Positions 26,480-40,002 of a DNA stretch of 64,000 nt are shown here, in pieces; within the stretch, counting starts at the first letter, position 1; every line of letters begins with the position of its first letter. The stretch covers positions 1,240,001 to 1,304,000 of the forward strand of contig JASVEC010000011.1 in the NCBI GenBank assembly GCA_030770535.1. The letters run 5' to 3'. The notes beneath the pieces were generated by a model, which saw nothing but the letters and a program-made list of their open reading frames with translations, made no database searches and was not told the origin of the DNA. A program made the position numbers and the translations under genes. The DNA is from Batkoa obscura (lineage: Eukaryota).

Positions 26480-27441
26480 AGCCAATTAATCTCCTTTAAA
26501 TAAATTATTTAACAGTTTACAATTAGATAAGCCTAAAAATAAATTAATGTTTTTATTTTTCTTTACTATAATGGCCTTGGTTACTTATTAATAATAAATA
26601 GAGAATTAAAAATAAAGCAATAATTTTACATTATTATCAAGCTATACGTTTTTTTTAGTTTATCCATAGATTTAAATAATATTTAAAAATACAAGTATAA
26701 TTTTTGATGCTAAATTCAATAGTTAACATTTCTTCCATATTAAAAACTTAAAGAATATCATTATCTACCAAGCTCTCTTATGGGCAGAGGTTTATGTATA
26801 AATAAATTACTCTTTTCTAGATATTTGATAATAGCTTGAAGGATTGTATTTTTGTTGTTATAATATAAAATAAGCTAGTTTAAGCCTTCATTAACTGTAA
26901 ACTATACATAATTATTGTTGTAGTTACTTCGTATTTTTTGGTTTACAGATTTATTTAATTTATTAGGCAATTATGATTTTTCGGGCTAATAATAAAATAA
27001 AAACTGTTAAGAATAATGTTAATTAATTTAGTATAATAGTTTAGTTAGATTTAATTAAACAATAGTATAGTAATAGTATAGTAATAAACTGAAATATCAA
27101 CTCCTTCGAATTTAAGTATATAATATATAAATGCATAATAAAGGCTTAATTTAATTGTATGTAAAAAAAAAAGAATTAATCCATCTTGTATGTTGTGAAA
27201 AAGTGTGTACTTTATGATGTCATAAAAGCAGGAAGGTAAGATTCAAATGATACGAAACAAGGAGAACAAAGGAGGAAATGATATTAATTCCTATAATAAA
27301 GAGTACAGATGAGTTAAGATGATAAACTAGGGTAAAATGAAGAAACTAGTGACTTAAATTATTGAATACGAATAGATGCAACTATAGTGGTGATGCCCAA
27401 TGCTAAATATGCGTATTCTATTAGCATTCTATTTCCAACTT

Positions 27442-28070
27442 TTAAGTTATTGTGGTTAAAAGTTGCTTTTCAAGAATAAACATTCCCTCTTTATATTTTT
27501 GCGACTCTTCGTATGCCTTAATCTAAAATTTAAGCATAAGTAAATCGTACTTTTTTATAACATTAAGTATAATATAATAGCACCAATACTATTTAGGATA
27601 GTTAATATACTTACATAACTCCACCCTAATACTTCTCCACAAGTATTACAAACAATATCTCTAACAGTATGCAATCCTGTAGTCATATGACGATCAGCAG
27701 CTTCTCCAAAATCCACGTTCACCCTTTAAAAAATTAGTTAATATTCATAAAATATTGATAAAAAAGCTATCTTAAAGAAATATTCATAGTATAATAATAG
27801 GATAAATATAAAACTTACACCTTCTTAAATAAATAAGCTTGTCCATGTTGTCCTTGAAAGGCCTAAAAACTAATTGTTAATATGATTTCGTTTGATTTGT
27901 TTTTGAAAGTTAATATTAGATTTCGTTAAGCTATGGTAATTATTATACTAAAAGTATCAACTAATGCTTGCCTTTGAAACTATAAGGTCAACTGTAGTCA
28001 AATGAGTATTGCATCCACTGCAAGCAAACACCTTTGATCCGGATAAATATTGTCTGTAAATCTGACCCAT
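27442..28070 (-). CDS. MOH1: Yippee/Moh1 zinc-binding protein (YPEL family), 4 exons; missed by ORF track
   Basis: Spliced translation [39 protein letters not shown]..|[49 protein letters not shown]. Confidence 0.92.
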
Positions 28071-28872
28071 TTTAAATAAACTGGAAAATAGAATTTGTTC
28101 AACGTTTAATTTTTGATTTAGATTCAACTAACTAATATACTAATTGCGTAGGTTTTCTGCATATTATTTCATTGGCCTTCTCTAAAGAATATTTTTATTT
28201 GATTTGATCAACTTTGAATTTTTTATTCTCATTATTGGCACCCTTTCCTTAACTTGCTTTCATTGGCTCTACAGTTGCAATGACCTACATTATTTTTACT
28301 CTATGTATAATCATTTTTATTCCACTGAAAAAAACAGTCACCTTTTTGGTTTTTATAATCAAGTTTCTAAGAATAATTCAATAATTAAAAACTGGGATCT
28401 ATCTGCTTTGACCTTTTACTTTTTGTTCATTCAATTTTTATATATAAAGATTTTAAATAATTTGATTTTAAAGCTTTGTTTATAAAAACTTTCAATTTCC
28501 AAGTATGAGATTATCATTCTAACTTATGATTTGAGCCTACAGCTGCTAAGACTCTGCTGTGACCTAAGTAACCGTCCATTTTAGAATAAAATTTTGCTAA
28601 AGCTAGACTAAAATCTAAAGATCAGGTTTAAAAAAACCAAATGAAAGAATAGCTGGGTCTAAAAATTACTGAAAATTAGGTCATAATAGAGTTGAAGGAG
28701 CTGTAAAACAATCTTGAATCAGATTTGACCATCTAGAAGCAGCTTCAGCTTTATTTCAAGCAAAAGTGCCTTTTTGTTTAGAATTTGATATTTTCTAATT
28801 TTTATGTTATATAAAAAGTAAACAAAATATCGAAATGAAAGATAGTATTAGATTATAAAATTCTAAAAGGTA

Positions 28873-28971
28873 TGAGATGTTTTTTTTGGTTTCATCACTT
28901 TTCCCACTTTTTAAGCGCTATTTGAGCAGAAAGATTATAAGTAAATTCTTAAACAAAAAAATATATGCCCA
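28873..28971 (+). mobile_element. MITE family copy
   Basis: Consensus match, TA flanks. Confidence 0.85.
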
Positions 28972-29965
28972 TATTTTAATTCATTATACATTTTGATTAA
29001 CCTTTAATTTATTTTTACAGCTATAATATTTAATAGGCGTTTTTATTTCAGTTTTTATCAAGTCTCCAAAAATGTTTCATCTTTGTTCATTTTTAACGAT
29101 TTTTAAAATTTTATACTGTAATTTAAATAAAAAACTAAGTTCGTAATATATAATTATAAGCTACCCTTTGTTTAATACCTAATAACTTATAATATTAGTT
29201 TTTTTATAATTTTTGTATTAAATTGGATTTTAAATTATAGTAAATATTAAATTTTATTTTAGATAATTTATAAATTCAGAATTATTAACATAATTATTAT
29301 TTCATTTTGCTTATTTTTATTTTAATACACTATTAATTTTAGCGAAATATAATTTTATGAACAATCAGTTCTTAGTACTTTAGAATTTTATATGATATAA
29401 ATGTCTAACTATAAAAAGGTATGAATATTTATTGAGACGCCGCTTTTAAAAATAATTACTTAGATTAACTTGTGACTTTAATTTAAATATTATATATTAT
29501 ACTCTTAAATATAATAAATAAATGACTGTTTCATATTTTTATAATATTTATTTTGTTTAATTTAGCCCTAAGCTGTTTTGATTTACAAATAAGAATTCTT
29601 CTTTTTAGCAACTTCTTAATCCGTCCTATGCTTGACCTAACTATTATTTAGCTATATATGTTGTGCCAACACAAAATATTTAAGAAAGACTTAAAGAACA
29701 AAGTTTTTTGTATTTTGAAAATTAAGTAGTCATTGGAGTTTAAATTATTGTTTGCTATAAATCATTTTTTGATTCTGAATTTAAATTTTATTAAACTAAA
29801 AACATATTTAAACCTTAATCTGTATAATTTTATCATTATTAGAAACTTTTTTTGACAATTATTTTTGTTTATACTAAATTCGTTAATTTACGAATATCAA
29901 AAATTGAATAATATAAGTAAATAAAAGTTTGTTTTTTATTATAACAATAATATTGAGAAGATATT

Positions 29966-31045
29966 TTACTGTGCAACTCTCTTAAACTCCAATGGTTTTT
30001 TAGAAGCATCAAAATTAAAGCCTAATTCTAATAATCTTGAGTAAGCTTTGGAGAAGGCGTCAAAGAATTTGTTTTCATCCTTGGCATAAAGTTCGACATA
30101 CTTACGGAAGGCACTATCTTTAACCAAAGCTAAATCTGCTGGCAACATCATCAACTTACCACTGCTTTTATCTTCATATTGATGTGGTCCGTTCCATTTT
30201 TTAGGTACCCATTTTTCTTCTAATAATTTAACAAAGTAGTCATTAGTAAACATGGTGGGTGAAAAGGTCCATGGGCCTTCATATCCAGAACGATCAGTGT
30301 GGCAACGTCCTAAAGCATGGGCCCCGATTAAGGCAACGGCCTCTTGATCGTTGAATCCCATCCTATAAAACACATCTCGAACATGTTGTTCACCTTGGCT
30401 AGCATCAGGTAATCTGCCATCAGGTGGTCTTTCATTTTCAGGTTTATCATCAGACCTGCCTGGTCTCCATGGGATAGTTGGTCCTTGCATTTCTTGAACA
30501 GCAACAACACCTCCTAAAGTCCATAAATCAGAGTAGGTAATCTGTGGAAATTCCTTCTTTATAGGATCTAAAAGGGTACGTGCAATTTGAAGCCCTTTAT
30601 TAGCTCCCCACTTTCCTTCTTCATATCTCATAGTTGCGCCACATGATCCACCATTCTTGGCTTTATGATCATAAGTACCAGAAGCGTGCCAAGCTAAACG
30701 AACTAAAAGTGGACCATAGCTGCCATCATCGTAATCTTCATCCTTATCTAATATGGATGCAATACGATTATACACTTTTTGATAATCTATACTTTCTACT
30801 TTGGATTGTGAATTTTTCTTACTTGAATCACTACCGTAAAAGTAATACCCTAAACCTGCACCAGCTACTAATAAAGTACCAATTAATATATTGTTGTTAC
30901 CACTTTTATTTCCTTCATTTGGGGCACTGGAATAGTAACGGAATTTTGGTCCTTGGGTAAGTACTTGACTTGCTTTTACATTGTTAACAGCGAGTGCTTT
31001 AAATGAAGTGTTAGGTCTTAACACTTTAAAGGCGTTCCTAAACAT
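29966..31045 (-). CDS. CCP1: Mitochondrial cytochrome c peroxidase
   Basis: Basic presequence plus TM sorting signal; [49 protein letters not shown]. Confidence 0.95.
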   Translation of the reverse strand: MFRNAFKVLRPNTSFKALAVNNVKASQVLTQGPKFRYYSSAPNEGNKSGNNNILIGTLLVAGAGLGYYFYGSDSSKKNSQSKVESIDYQKVYNRIASILDKDEDYDDGSYGPLLVRLAWHASGTYDHKAKNGGSCGATMRYEEGKWGANKGLQIARTLLDPIKKEFPQITYSDLWTLGGVVAVQEMQGPTIPWRPGRSDDKPENERPPDGRLPDASQGEQHVRDVFYRMGFNDQEAVALIGAHALGRCHTDRSGYEGPWTFSPTMFTNDYFVKLLEEKWVPKKWNGPHQYEDKSSGKLMMLPADLALVKDSAFRKYVELYAKDENKFFDAFSKAYSRLLELGFNFDASKKPLEFKRVAQ

Positions 31046-31657
31046 TTTTAAAACTAAATTTTTGATTAGATTAGATTAAATCTCATCAATTTATCTCTTA
31101 TTTATACTTCATTTTCTTGTATTCGTTTGATGACGTTCTCATCTTTATGTTCCTAATAACCGGTTTATTAATAATCATGCTTCTGTTTTTTACTAATAAT
31201 TTGGTATCATTAAGAACGCTATTGTTAGCCACTTTCCTTTTTTGTATGTGTCAATGAGTCAAATAATAAGTTAATTTCTATACTCATCGTTAATTTGATA
31301 TTCTTCCATATCGCTTTTTTAATCATGACATCACTACTCTGGATTAGAAATTAACGATGGGGGAAATTTATATAAGCGTTTTCTACTATATTGACCTCCC
31401 TTAAGATGACTTTATACTTGGAATATATAAATAAACCTTATAATGACTTTTATAAAAGTATAAGTGATCTGTTATATTCTATTCGTCTACAATTTAAAAA
31501 TAATTCAATAAATGTCAATAAGGTGCTTTATTACTTTAAAAGCCTTAACACTAAAAAATGTTGTCCATTTTAGATCAAGATTATTTTTTGGTTATATTAT
31601 TTTTTGCCCACTTTTTATAAAGTTAAAGTAAGACCTTAGATTATTACACTTATTGTA

Positions 31658-31748
31658 TGGGGATGTTTCTTTTGGAAATTTACAAACATTTTTTAAACTC
31701 AATATTACTCAAAAAATGGAAAAAGGAAAGGAATTAAAGACATCTTCA
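31658..31748 (-). mobile_element. MITE family copy (degenerate)
   Basis: TA-TGGGGATGT... AAAAATGGAAAAAGG...ACATCTTCA-TA. Confidence 0.6.
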
Positions 31749-31944
31749 TATTAAAACCTATCAAAAAGAGGTGTATGTGAGAAGTAAATATTAAAATAAA
31801 ACTAGTCATTAAAGCAAATAATTAATAAATAAATTTTATTTTTTATTTTTGAAATCTAAAATAAAATACACTAGAAAAAAGAAAGGAGAAAGCTAAAACC
31901 CTGTTTTTGAAAAATAATCTGTGAAAAACTAACTGCCTTGTTTT

Positions 31945-33486
31945 TTAAACCCTTTTACCAAAGATAGATTTAGGTTTATGATAAACGTGGCATTTATGAG
32001 CATGGCGGAACCAAAGCACTGAATTTCTTCTTTTGGCAGATGACATTTGGATCCATTGTTGACATTGATGACAAAGTCCTTCGACAACTTCAGCATCTTT
32101 TTGGCGTGTTTGAATAGGTCCTGAAAAGAATTTTCCGGACACTGAAGAAATCCCATGATAGAATTGTTTATGGTACCAATAAGCACTATTCTTTAACTGT
32201 AACCATTTTCCTGGGCTACATAAATCACAATATCCCTCCTTTTTATGTCCTCCAAATCTTACCCATTGGGGTGTATATAAATCCCCTGGGTATCTTAAAT
32301 GTTGACGGCGTGGTACTGCTTCTGGGTCACTATCATCAGTTGGTGGTGGAAGATGAGCAGAAGCGTTAATGGCTTCTTGTGCAGCTTGAGCAGTAGCAGC
32401 ATCAGGGGCAGGGGCGTTTTGAATAGGGATAGCCATTGGCATACCAGATTCATTAATACTATACATGTGAGGATTGTTGCTAGCATGATGAGCATGAGAA
32501 TGCTGATGATTTAAATAACTGTTAACATGAGCATGTTGGAATAAAGTATTATTAAAATTATCTTCTATCTTTGCCCTTTTCATTTGGCTATTTAACATTA
32601 AATTATCTTGATAGTAAGGTTGATAATTCGATGGGTTTGCTGGAAAATGAGGGGACATTGGACTTATATTACTGTTGCTATTTGTAGGGTTGTTATGGGA
32701 GTAATTCACTGTATAACCTTGACTATAAGCCATTTCATTTATGAGATGCGAATGATTATCTTCATTAGGTAATCTTCTTGATTGTAATTTGTCATTTAAT
32801 AATAAGTGGTTATTTGATTGATTATTATTGTTACTATATTGTTCAATATTGAAAATAGGCGAGTGCGGTACTGAAGATGGATGGGACAAATTGTTAACAC
32901 TTTCATGAGAAGATACTGACATACCTGCAGATAATGGAACTGATAAACCTGCGGATAATGGCATAGATAGACCTGCGGACAAAGGTACCGGTAAACCAGC
33001 AGACATAGGTAAAGATAAACTATGATCGTAATGATTGACGTTCAAGTTAGAAGAATGATTGTTGGAATTGGTGGTAATGATTTGAGGCAAGTGAAGATTC
33101 TGAATTTGGTTATTCGTCAAATGCTGAGTATTAAAATAATTTGAATTCTTCTCATATAACTTATTATTCTGATTGAATGCTGCCATCAAAGAATTTATTT
33201 GCTGTGAATTATTGTTATTTGAATTGTTATTATTCATCATATTATTCGTCGGTTGCTGATTAGGATCTAAATATTCAGCTACGTCTGGTAATGAGTTGTA
33301 CCTCTTCATACGCAGTCCACTGTTATTATCATAATTCTCTTGTTGTTGTTGTTTAGCCATATCTAAATTTAATGAATTATCATTATTGTTAACTGCATCA
33401 GATTGCGATCTTATAAATGGCTGTGATGGCGGTAACAAATTATTATTATTATTATTGTTAAGCAATGGATTACTGTTTAAATACAT
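31945..33486 (-). CDS. Putative transcription regulator with C-terminal Rua1_C/Meu26-like zinc domain and N/Q-rich N-terminus
   Basis: DLYTPQWVRFGGHKKEGYCDLC..WLQLKNSAYWYHKQFYHGISSVSG..EGLCHQC..WFRHAHKCH. Confidence 0.82.
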   Translation of the reverse strand: MYLNSNPLLNNNNNNNLLPPSQPFIRSQSDAVNNNDNSLNLDMAKQQQQENYDNNSGLRMKRYNSLPDVAEYLDPNQQPTNNMMNNNNSNNNNSQQINSLMAAFNQNNKLYEKNSNYFNTQHLTNNQIQNLHLPQIITTNSNNHSSNLNVNHYDHSLSLPMSAGLPVPLSAGLSMPLSAGLSVPLSAGMSVSSHESVNNLSHPSSVPHSPIFNIEQYSNNNNQSNNHLLLNDKLQSRRLPNEDNHSHLINEMAYSQGYTVNYSHNNPTNSNSNISPMSPHFPANPSNYQPYYQDNLMLNSQMKRAKIEDNFNNTLFQHAHVNSYLNHQHSHAHHASNNPHMYSINESGMPMAIPIQNAPAPDAATAQAAQEAINASAHLPPPTDDSDPEAVPRRQHLRYPGDLYTPQWVRFGGHKKEGYCDLCSPGKWLQLKNSAYWYHKQFYHGISSVSGKFFSGPIQTRQKDAEVVEGLCHQCQQWIQMSSAKRRNSVLWFRHAHKCHVYHKPKSIFGKRV

Positions 33487-36400
33487 TATGTTAATTTAGG
33501 TTTATATATTGCGCTTGAGTTTCGATTCTATTATGCTATGCTAGTTTAATATAACAATATAGCATAAACTATTTTCAAAAAATAATTATCTAAAGATGTG
33601 TTGTATATATACTATCACTTATATAAGCAGAACAAAGATAAGGGTATTGATGATACACTTAAATAATTTAAAAGAGTGATAAATAATAATACACTTAGTT
33701 ATAAAATTAAAGTAGAAACTTGACGTTTAAAACCAGTTTAAATATTTAAATATGAATTATAAAATAAAATAAATTTTGAATTTACAAAATAAAAAAGAAA
33801 GTTAATGCTCATGAAATTCAACTTAGCATTAATTTATAGTTAAAATTTCACTTAATCTCTTTACCAATTTTCTTTAAAGGCTAAGTAACTTAGAAATTTA
33901 TAGATTAGGTTGATCTTGATTTAGAAGATGAAATTGTCTGTTATTTTTAACTTTTCATTATGCCTATGAATGACCATATTTATAAATTATTCATATTGAA
34001 GACTCCCCATAATTTGGATTTGAAATTTATTTAAAAAATTAGGGGCTTATAAAATGACATCATTTTTGCAAATTTTCTTTAAAATCTAATACATTCTCAG
34101 TATAAAAGCGTGGTTCACTTCTAACCTTACTTCATCTTATTTCCTTTTTACTTTCAACACCCTACCCTACCTTTTGGTTTGATATTATTACTAAGGAACT
34201 TCTAATTTGGTTTAAAATTATTTTAAACATATTCGAATCAAGTTTTTTAATTCTAAACATGAACTAATTTTATTTCAAATGAAATTAATATTTGTTAATT
34301 AGCATATTAATAATGTTAATATTTATTAAATATTTAAAATCACTCTTAGAATCTAGTTTTTTATAGTATAATACAATAGACAATAATATAACTTTTATTG
34401 TTTTTTGTGTTATCATTATTTTGAAATAAATGAACTAGAGAATTAAGTGAAACAAATAATTAAAAAAAAGAACCTTTAGATTTTAAAGAATAAATGGTAA
34501 AAAATAAGACTGATAAGTACACTAAAGGACAATTAATAATAAATTAAATGTTTAGAATAAGACCATATTCTTTATCAAGAGGCTATCTCGGGAAGGTTAT
34601 ATAGTAAAATTTCAAAAGTTTTAAAATAATAGTTTTATTTAGTTTTATTTCGTACTATCAAAATAAATTAGACAAAAATAAGTTTGATTTTTTTTAAAAA
34701 AAAGATAGTTGTATTTTTCCCCTTAAAATACAAGAGTTTAAATTAATTTTAACCCCCTTTAGTTATTCCTTGTTTTTTTTTTGTTTAGATCCCTAAAAAT
34801 AATTATTAACCAATCAATTCTTCAATTCCTCCCTCTTAATTGCTTATCTAAATCTTATTTTATTTTACCTCCCAACCTTTAAAAAACCCAGCCAACTCAA
34901 ACTAAGTGTTATTTCAAAAAAACAGGGTTTGGTTAAACTAAAATTAATTTTATAAAAGGCAGAATAAGATTAAGTTATTATATTGTTTAAAAATATCCAA
35001 GTGTAAAATATTTTATTTATCTATTTATATTAAATAATCTGTCAAAGTATATATTAAAAATTAATAATTCTTGTATAATTAAAAATGTACTAGTTTCTAT
35101 TTAAACTTTAAGCTTACATGTTGTTACGTTTTAATAAAATTATTATTTTTAATTAATACGTTAAATCGATCTTTTTTTATAAATATTTTATATACTATTA
35201 TTATTATTATTAATTTGTATATTTAATATATATATTTGAAATTATAACATAAAATTTTATTTAAAATAATCTTTTCACATTCAGTCTAAGTATTTTACAA
35301 GATTAGAGCCAAACTGAGTGAATAATTGCAATAAATAGAGAAATAAAACTTAACAAAATTGAAGTACAGATAATCATAAAATCTTCATTTTTAATCAAAG
35401 ACTAATATTTTAAACAAAAAATAGATCAATGAAGTATTTTCGATAGCTAATTGAAAAAGTGAACATTTAAGACATTAAACCCTATACTATTTTAAAGATA
35501 CGAAAGCACAGTTTTAAGCTTTAATATAAAAGTTATTTAATAGTTTGATAAATATATCTTAGTAAAGAAAGCATGAAAGAAAGCTATAAATAAAAATTAT
35601 TAAAATAAATTTATGATATACATTACTTATATTTGATTTTATAATTCTATTTTTTCAAAGTAGATATTAAATTAATTAAAATTTTAATATATTAAGTGCA
35701 AAAATCTATTATAATTTAAACTAGAATTTTATGACAAAAGACAAATAAATAGAGTAACTTAATAATAGATTTAAGCACATTCATTTCTTTTTATCGTATT
35801 TTTAGTATATTTTAAATTTATAAAGTATTATAAAGCCTTCTAATAATATATCGAGTTAATGAGATTTTATTGTATTTTATTTATATCATGTTCTTTATAT
35901 TTAAAATTACATCTTATATATATTTAAATCTATTTAATGTTAAATTAATTTTGATAAAAACTATCTTAATTAGATCAATAATAATTTTATATCCTTTATG
36001 GCTTTAATAAAAATAAACTATTTAATTTAATTTAATTTAAAGTGTAATGTGTCAATGTAACGTATAAATTATTTAGGTTTAAATTTCTGCACATATTTTA
36101 TATTTAAATTATACACTAGTGGAAGTCTCGGGTAGTTACTCTCAAAATTTTTGCTTAGAAATATGATCGTTTATTGTATATAAGTAATTTTGATAGCTAA
36201 ATAATATGTGATTTTTAATTGTTTTGAAAGAGGTTAAATAGTAGCAATATAAACCATTTAAATAAAAAGTGCTTACTAAAAAATCAAACTGGCCAATAAA
36301 AATACTTAAAATCGGACCAGTTGTTATTATGATTAGTTTTTAAAGTTTGAATTATTGGATTTTTTTAATAAAATTTTGAATTTCAATCTCATGTAGGATT

Positions 36401-36524
36401 TTTTATTTTTGTAAATAAAAATATAATTTCAAAATAAAAAACCTCCTATTCTATTTACTTTTAATTCACTTTAATATTGTTTCTATTAAATTATACACTG
36501 TTATAAAAAAAAAAATCAACTAAT

Positions 36525-36625
36525 TGGAGATATGTTTTTTTGTTTAAGAATTTTATTAACAATCTTTCTGCTCAAATAGTGCTTAAAAAATAGAAAAAAT
36601 AATGAAACCAAGAAAAACATCCCCA
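36525..36625 (-). mobile_element. MITE family copy
   Basis: Reverse complement of consensus. Confidence 0.82.
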
Positions 36626-36909
36626 TATATTATTTATAGTTACTATTAAATAAACTTAAAATTTAATATTTTTAATACTTAGATTTTTAGTTAAATATTT
36701 AATAAAACTTAGCTTATTAAGCTATTTTATTTTATTATAACAATTTTTTTAAAATAAAGTAAAGTTAGATATTTTATATAAAATAGCAATAATATAACTT
36801 ATATAAATTATTTTATTTAAAATTTATTAATATTATTTAGAAAACTATTTATTATATTTATAGCTATAATTAAAAAACTTTTAATAGCAATATAACTTAA
36901 TATTATAAT

Positions 36910-37840
36910 TGTAAAAGTTAGTACTCAGTGGTTGGAGCTAAAAGCAGTTCTTGGTTGATTAACTTGCCTTGAGTCGAAGGGTCTTAGTTTATATAACTAA
37001 GATAGACTTAAATGAATAAGAATAATACGTAATAAGTTACGAACTATATAAAAACAAATAGAATAGAAGATACTACTGTAAAATCTATGTAAGATATTGT
37101 TAGAAAGACTTAGTGGCTTTATTAATGGTACGATATCAGGGAGTAATGTGAAATATTGCTTTATTTAGCTCTCAGATTGATTATAACACAACAATCACTT
37201 AAGTTGCTGTGTTCTTAAGTTCAAACACAATCAAGTCAGAGTCCCTTATTTTGATTTGCTGCGAGAATTTCTAACTTCATATTGCAAACAATATTATCTC
37301 CTTTTAATATCCATACTTATTGGAGTATAAAAGAGATTCTTCAATATGATAACTCGAGGCTTTTTAATTGGATTACTCCCTGATAACGTATCATTAATAA
37401 AGTCACTAAGTCTTTCTGACAACATCTTATATAGATTTTACAGTAGTATCTTCCATTGTATTTGTTCTACATAATTCGTAGCTTACTACATACTATTTCT
37501 ATTAAGTTAAGTCTATCTTAGTTATATAAACTAAGACCCTTCGACTCAAGGCAAGTTAATTAAGCAAGAGTAGCTTTTAACGTCGACCACTAAGTATCAA
37601 CTTTCACAGTAATTCAATTAAAAAGCCTCAAGTTATCATGTTGAAGGATCTCTTTTATACTCCAATAAGTATGGATATTAAAATAAGAAGACAATATTGT
37701 TTGCAATATGAAGTTAGAAATTCTCGCAGCAAATCAAAATAAGGGACTCTGACTTGATTGTGTTTGAACTTAAGAACACAGCAACTTAAGTGATTGTTGT
37801 GTTATAATCAATCTGAGAGCTAATAAAACAATATTTTACA
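36910..37840 (-). mobile_element. Solo-LTR-like element (outer copy, split at 37146/37609 by a nested sister copy)
   Basis: TGTAAAA...TTTTACA termini; both halves are reverse complements of the inner element; strand is relative only. Confidence 0.75.
37147..37608 (+). mobile_element. Solo-LTR-like element (462 bp, inner copy) with GTAA TSD
   Basis: TGTGAAA...TTTCACA termini; GTAA at 37143-37146 and 37609-37612. Confidence 0.82.
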
Positions 37841-37893
37841 ATAGCACTTAAAAAATAAAAAAAGTAATAAAGCTAAAAAAAAATACTTTTATA
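37841..37893 (-). mobile_element. Half MITE copy, heavily G>A/C>T mutated
   Basis: ATAGCACTTAAAAAATAAAAAAAGTAATAAAGCTAAAAAAAAATACTTTTATA vs consensus ATAGCGCTTAAAAAATGGAAAAAATAATGAAACCAAAAAAAACACCCCCATA. Confidence 0.6.
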
Positions 37894-38534
37894 GTATAAT
37901 ATTAAATATTTGTATAAAATTTAATTATTTATAAACTAATACTTTATTTTTAATTTTTTTATATTATAAAAGGCTAAAAATTTAAAAAAAATTCATAATA
38001 ACTTGTTAAAAAAATACGTTTAATAAAATATAAAATTATATTGGTAACAATGAAAAAAACTATATGTATAAAAAAATAATGAAACCAAAAAAAACATCCT
38101 CTTATGTTAAATAATATTTTATTAAAAATAATATTTTTATCTATATTTTATTGTTATTACTAATATAACTTTATACTTTATTAAATAACTTTCAGCTTTT
38201 TATAACTAATATAAAGCAATTAAACTTTAAACACCAAATTTTATAATATTTTATAATATTTTATAATATTTTAAACAATATAATTAATATATATATTTAA
38301 CAAATGATCAAATATATATAATATTAAATTTATTAAATTATTTGTATTATTTTATTATAATAAACCACTTTATTTAATATTATTAAACTAGCACATATTA
38401 AGAAAAGTTAAAAATTAAAAATTAAAAAAGTTATTATTTATTTATTTTAAATTTTAATAATACTAATATTAATATTAACCCTAAATATAATAATATAAAA
38501 AATTATATTTATATTAACAAAAAAACTTATATTA

Positions 38535-39083
38535 TGTGAAATATTGCTTCATCAGCTCTCGGATCAATTATAAGATAATAATCATTTAACTTGTTTACAA
38601 AACTAGCTATAGTCTTGTAATCAATTTGGCCGTGATTCATGTGGTACAATCAATTCAGAGTCCCTCATTTAGATTTGTTGTGAGAATTTCTATCGGCTAA
38701 TTGCAAAAAACTTATTGTCCACGTTTTAATGCCCATACTTGGCAACTATAATAAGGAATAACTATTACTATGCCCTTTACATATAGCCACCAAGCTGGAG
38801 TATAAAAGAGATTCTTCAACATGATAACTCGATGCTTTTTAATTGAATTACTCCCTAATATCGTACCATTAATAAAGCCACTAAGTCTTTCTAGCAATAT
38901 CTTACATAGATTTTACAGTAGTATTGTCTATTCTATTTGTTTTACATGGTTCATAGCCTATTGCGCACTATTCTTACTAATTTAAGTCTATCTTAGTTAT
39001 ATAAACTAAGACCCTTCGACTCAAGGCTAGTTAATCAACCAAAAACCGCTTTTAACTCCAACCACTGAGTACCAACTTCCACA
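38535..39083 (+). mobile_element. Third, more divergent copy of the solo-LTR-like element (549 bp)
   Basis: TGTGAAATATTGCT...CTTCCACA; shares GGAGTATAAAAGAGATTCTTCAA and AAACTAAGACCCTTCGACTCAAGGC blocks; extra internal segment ~38740-38795. Confidence 0.78.
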
Positions 39084-39901
39084 ATTTTTTTTTTTAAAAA
39101 GTAATATTATAAAAATACTTTTTTTTAACAATAAAATAAGGATATAACTATATATATATAAATATAACTGAAAAATCAGGCAAAAATTAATTAGTTAAAG
39201 CAATTATAATAAAGTTTATAAATTCAGTTAATAAACCAAAAATTAAAAAAGTAACTAGTTCCAACTTGAAATAAACTAATATTTATTTAATAAAGTACTT
39301 ATAAATCATATATTAAAATATATAATATTAATTTCATAAAAGCAGCTATAGTAAATAATTTTAATATTAAATTAATAAACTAATTAATAAACTAATTAAT
39401 AAACTAATTGACAAACTTCTTTAAACTTAATATTTTTAATTTAAATTTTCTTAAAGCTATTAAATGCTTATAATAGAAAAATCAGTATTATTAATTAATA
39501 GTGTTATTATAGTTATAGTTAGTTTTTATAATAAGTTTAATTAATAATTAATATTTATTTCAAAATCTTTAAATTATAAATGTTTTATTTTTTTGCTAAT
39601 TAAGATAAAATAAATATAGTTGTTTAAAGTTTTGTATTTATTAAGCTATTAAACAATTATACTGATTATGAAACTATAAAAAATAAATTAAATAATAATA
39701 ATTCCAAAAACATAATAAATGTTGATAGTAGCTTTTATACTGCTGATAATTTAAATGACATAGTATTTTATTTAAATAGAAATTGTTTTTATAAATTTAT
39801 CATAAGTGACAGTTTAATGTTATTTATTTTATCAATATTTATTAAAAATGTTAAAATTAATTATATAAATAGTTTATTTAATAAGTAAAATACAACAAAT
39901 A

Positions 39902-40002
39902 TGGGGGTGTATTTTTTTATTTCATCACTTTTTCCATTTTTTAAGCGCTATTTGAGTAGAATAACTGTTAGTAAAATTCTTAAATAAAAAAATACATCCC
40001 CA
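39902..40002 (+). mobile_element. MITE family copy (full length, TA TSD)
   Basis: Consensus match. Confidence 0.88.

Noticed and set aside
26405..26480. Possible tRNA-Sec (CTTCA seen on the minus strand before a T-loop)
   Set aside because: No paired acceptor, T or anticodon stems and no long variable arm; treated as a decayed tRNA-derived sequence
31125..31262. Yap1-like (TTACTAA), CRE-like (TGACGT) and AP-1 sites upstream of CCP1
   Set aside because: Biologically plausible, but short AT-rich motifs are frequent by chance here
38712..38897. 61-aa ORF inside the LTR-like element
   Set aside because: Non-ATG start, not preserved in sister copies, no recognisable domain
38239..39415. Short tandem repeats (TTATAATATTT)x3 at ~38240 and (AATTAATAAACT)x3 at ~39370
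   Set aside because: Ordinary slippage repeats in extremely AT-rich DNA; not telomeric or otherwise structured
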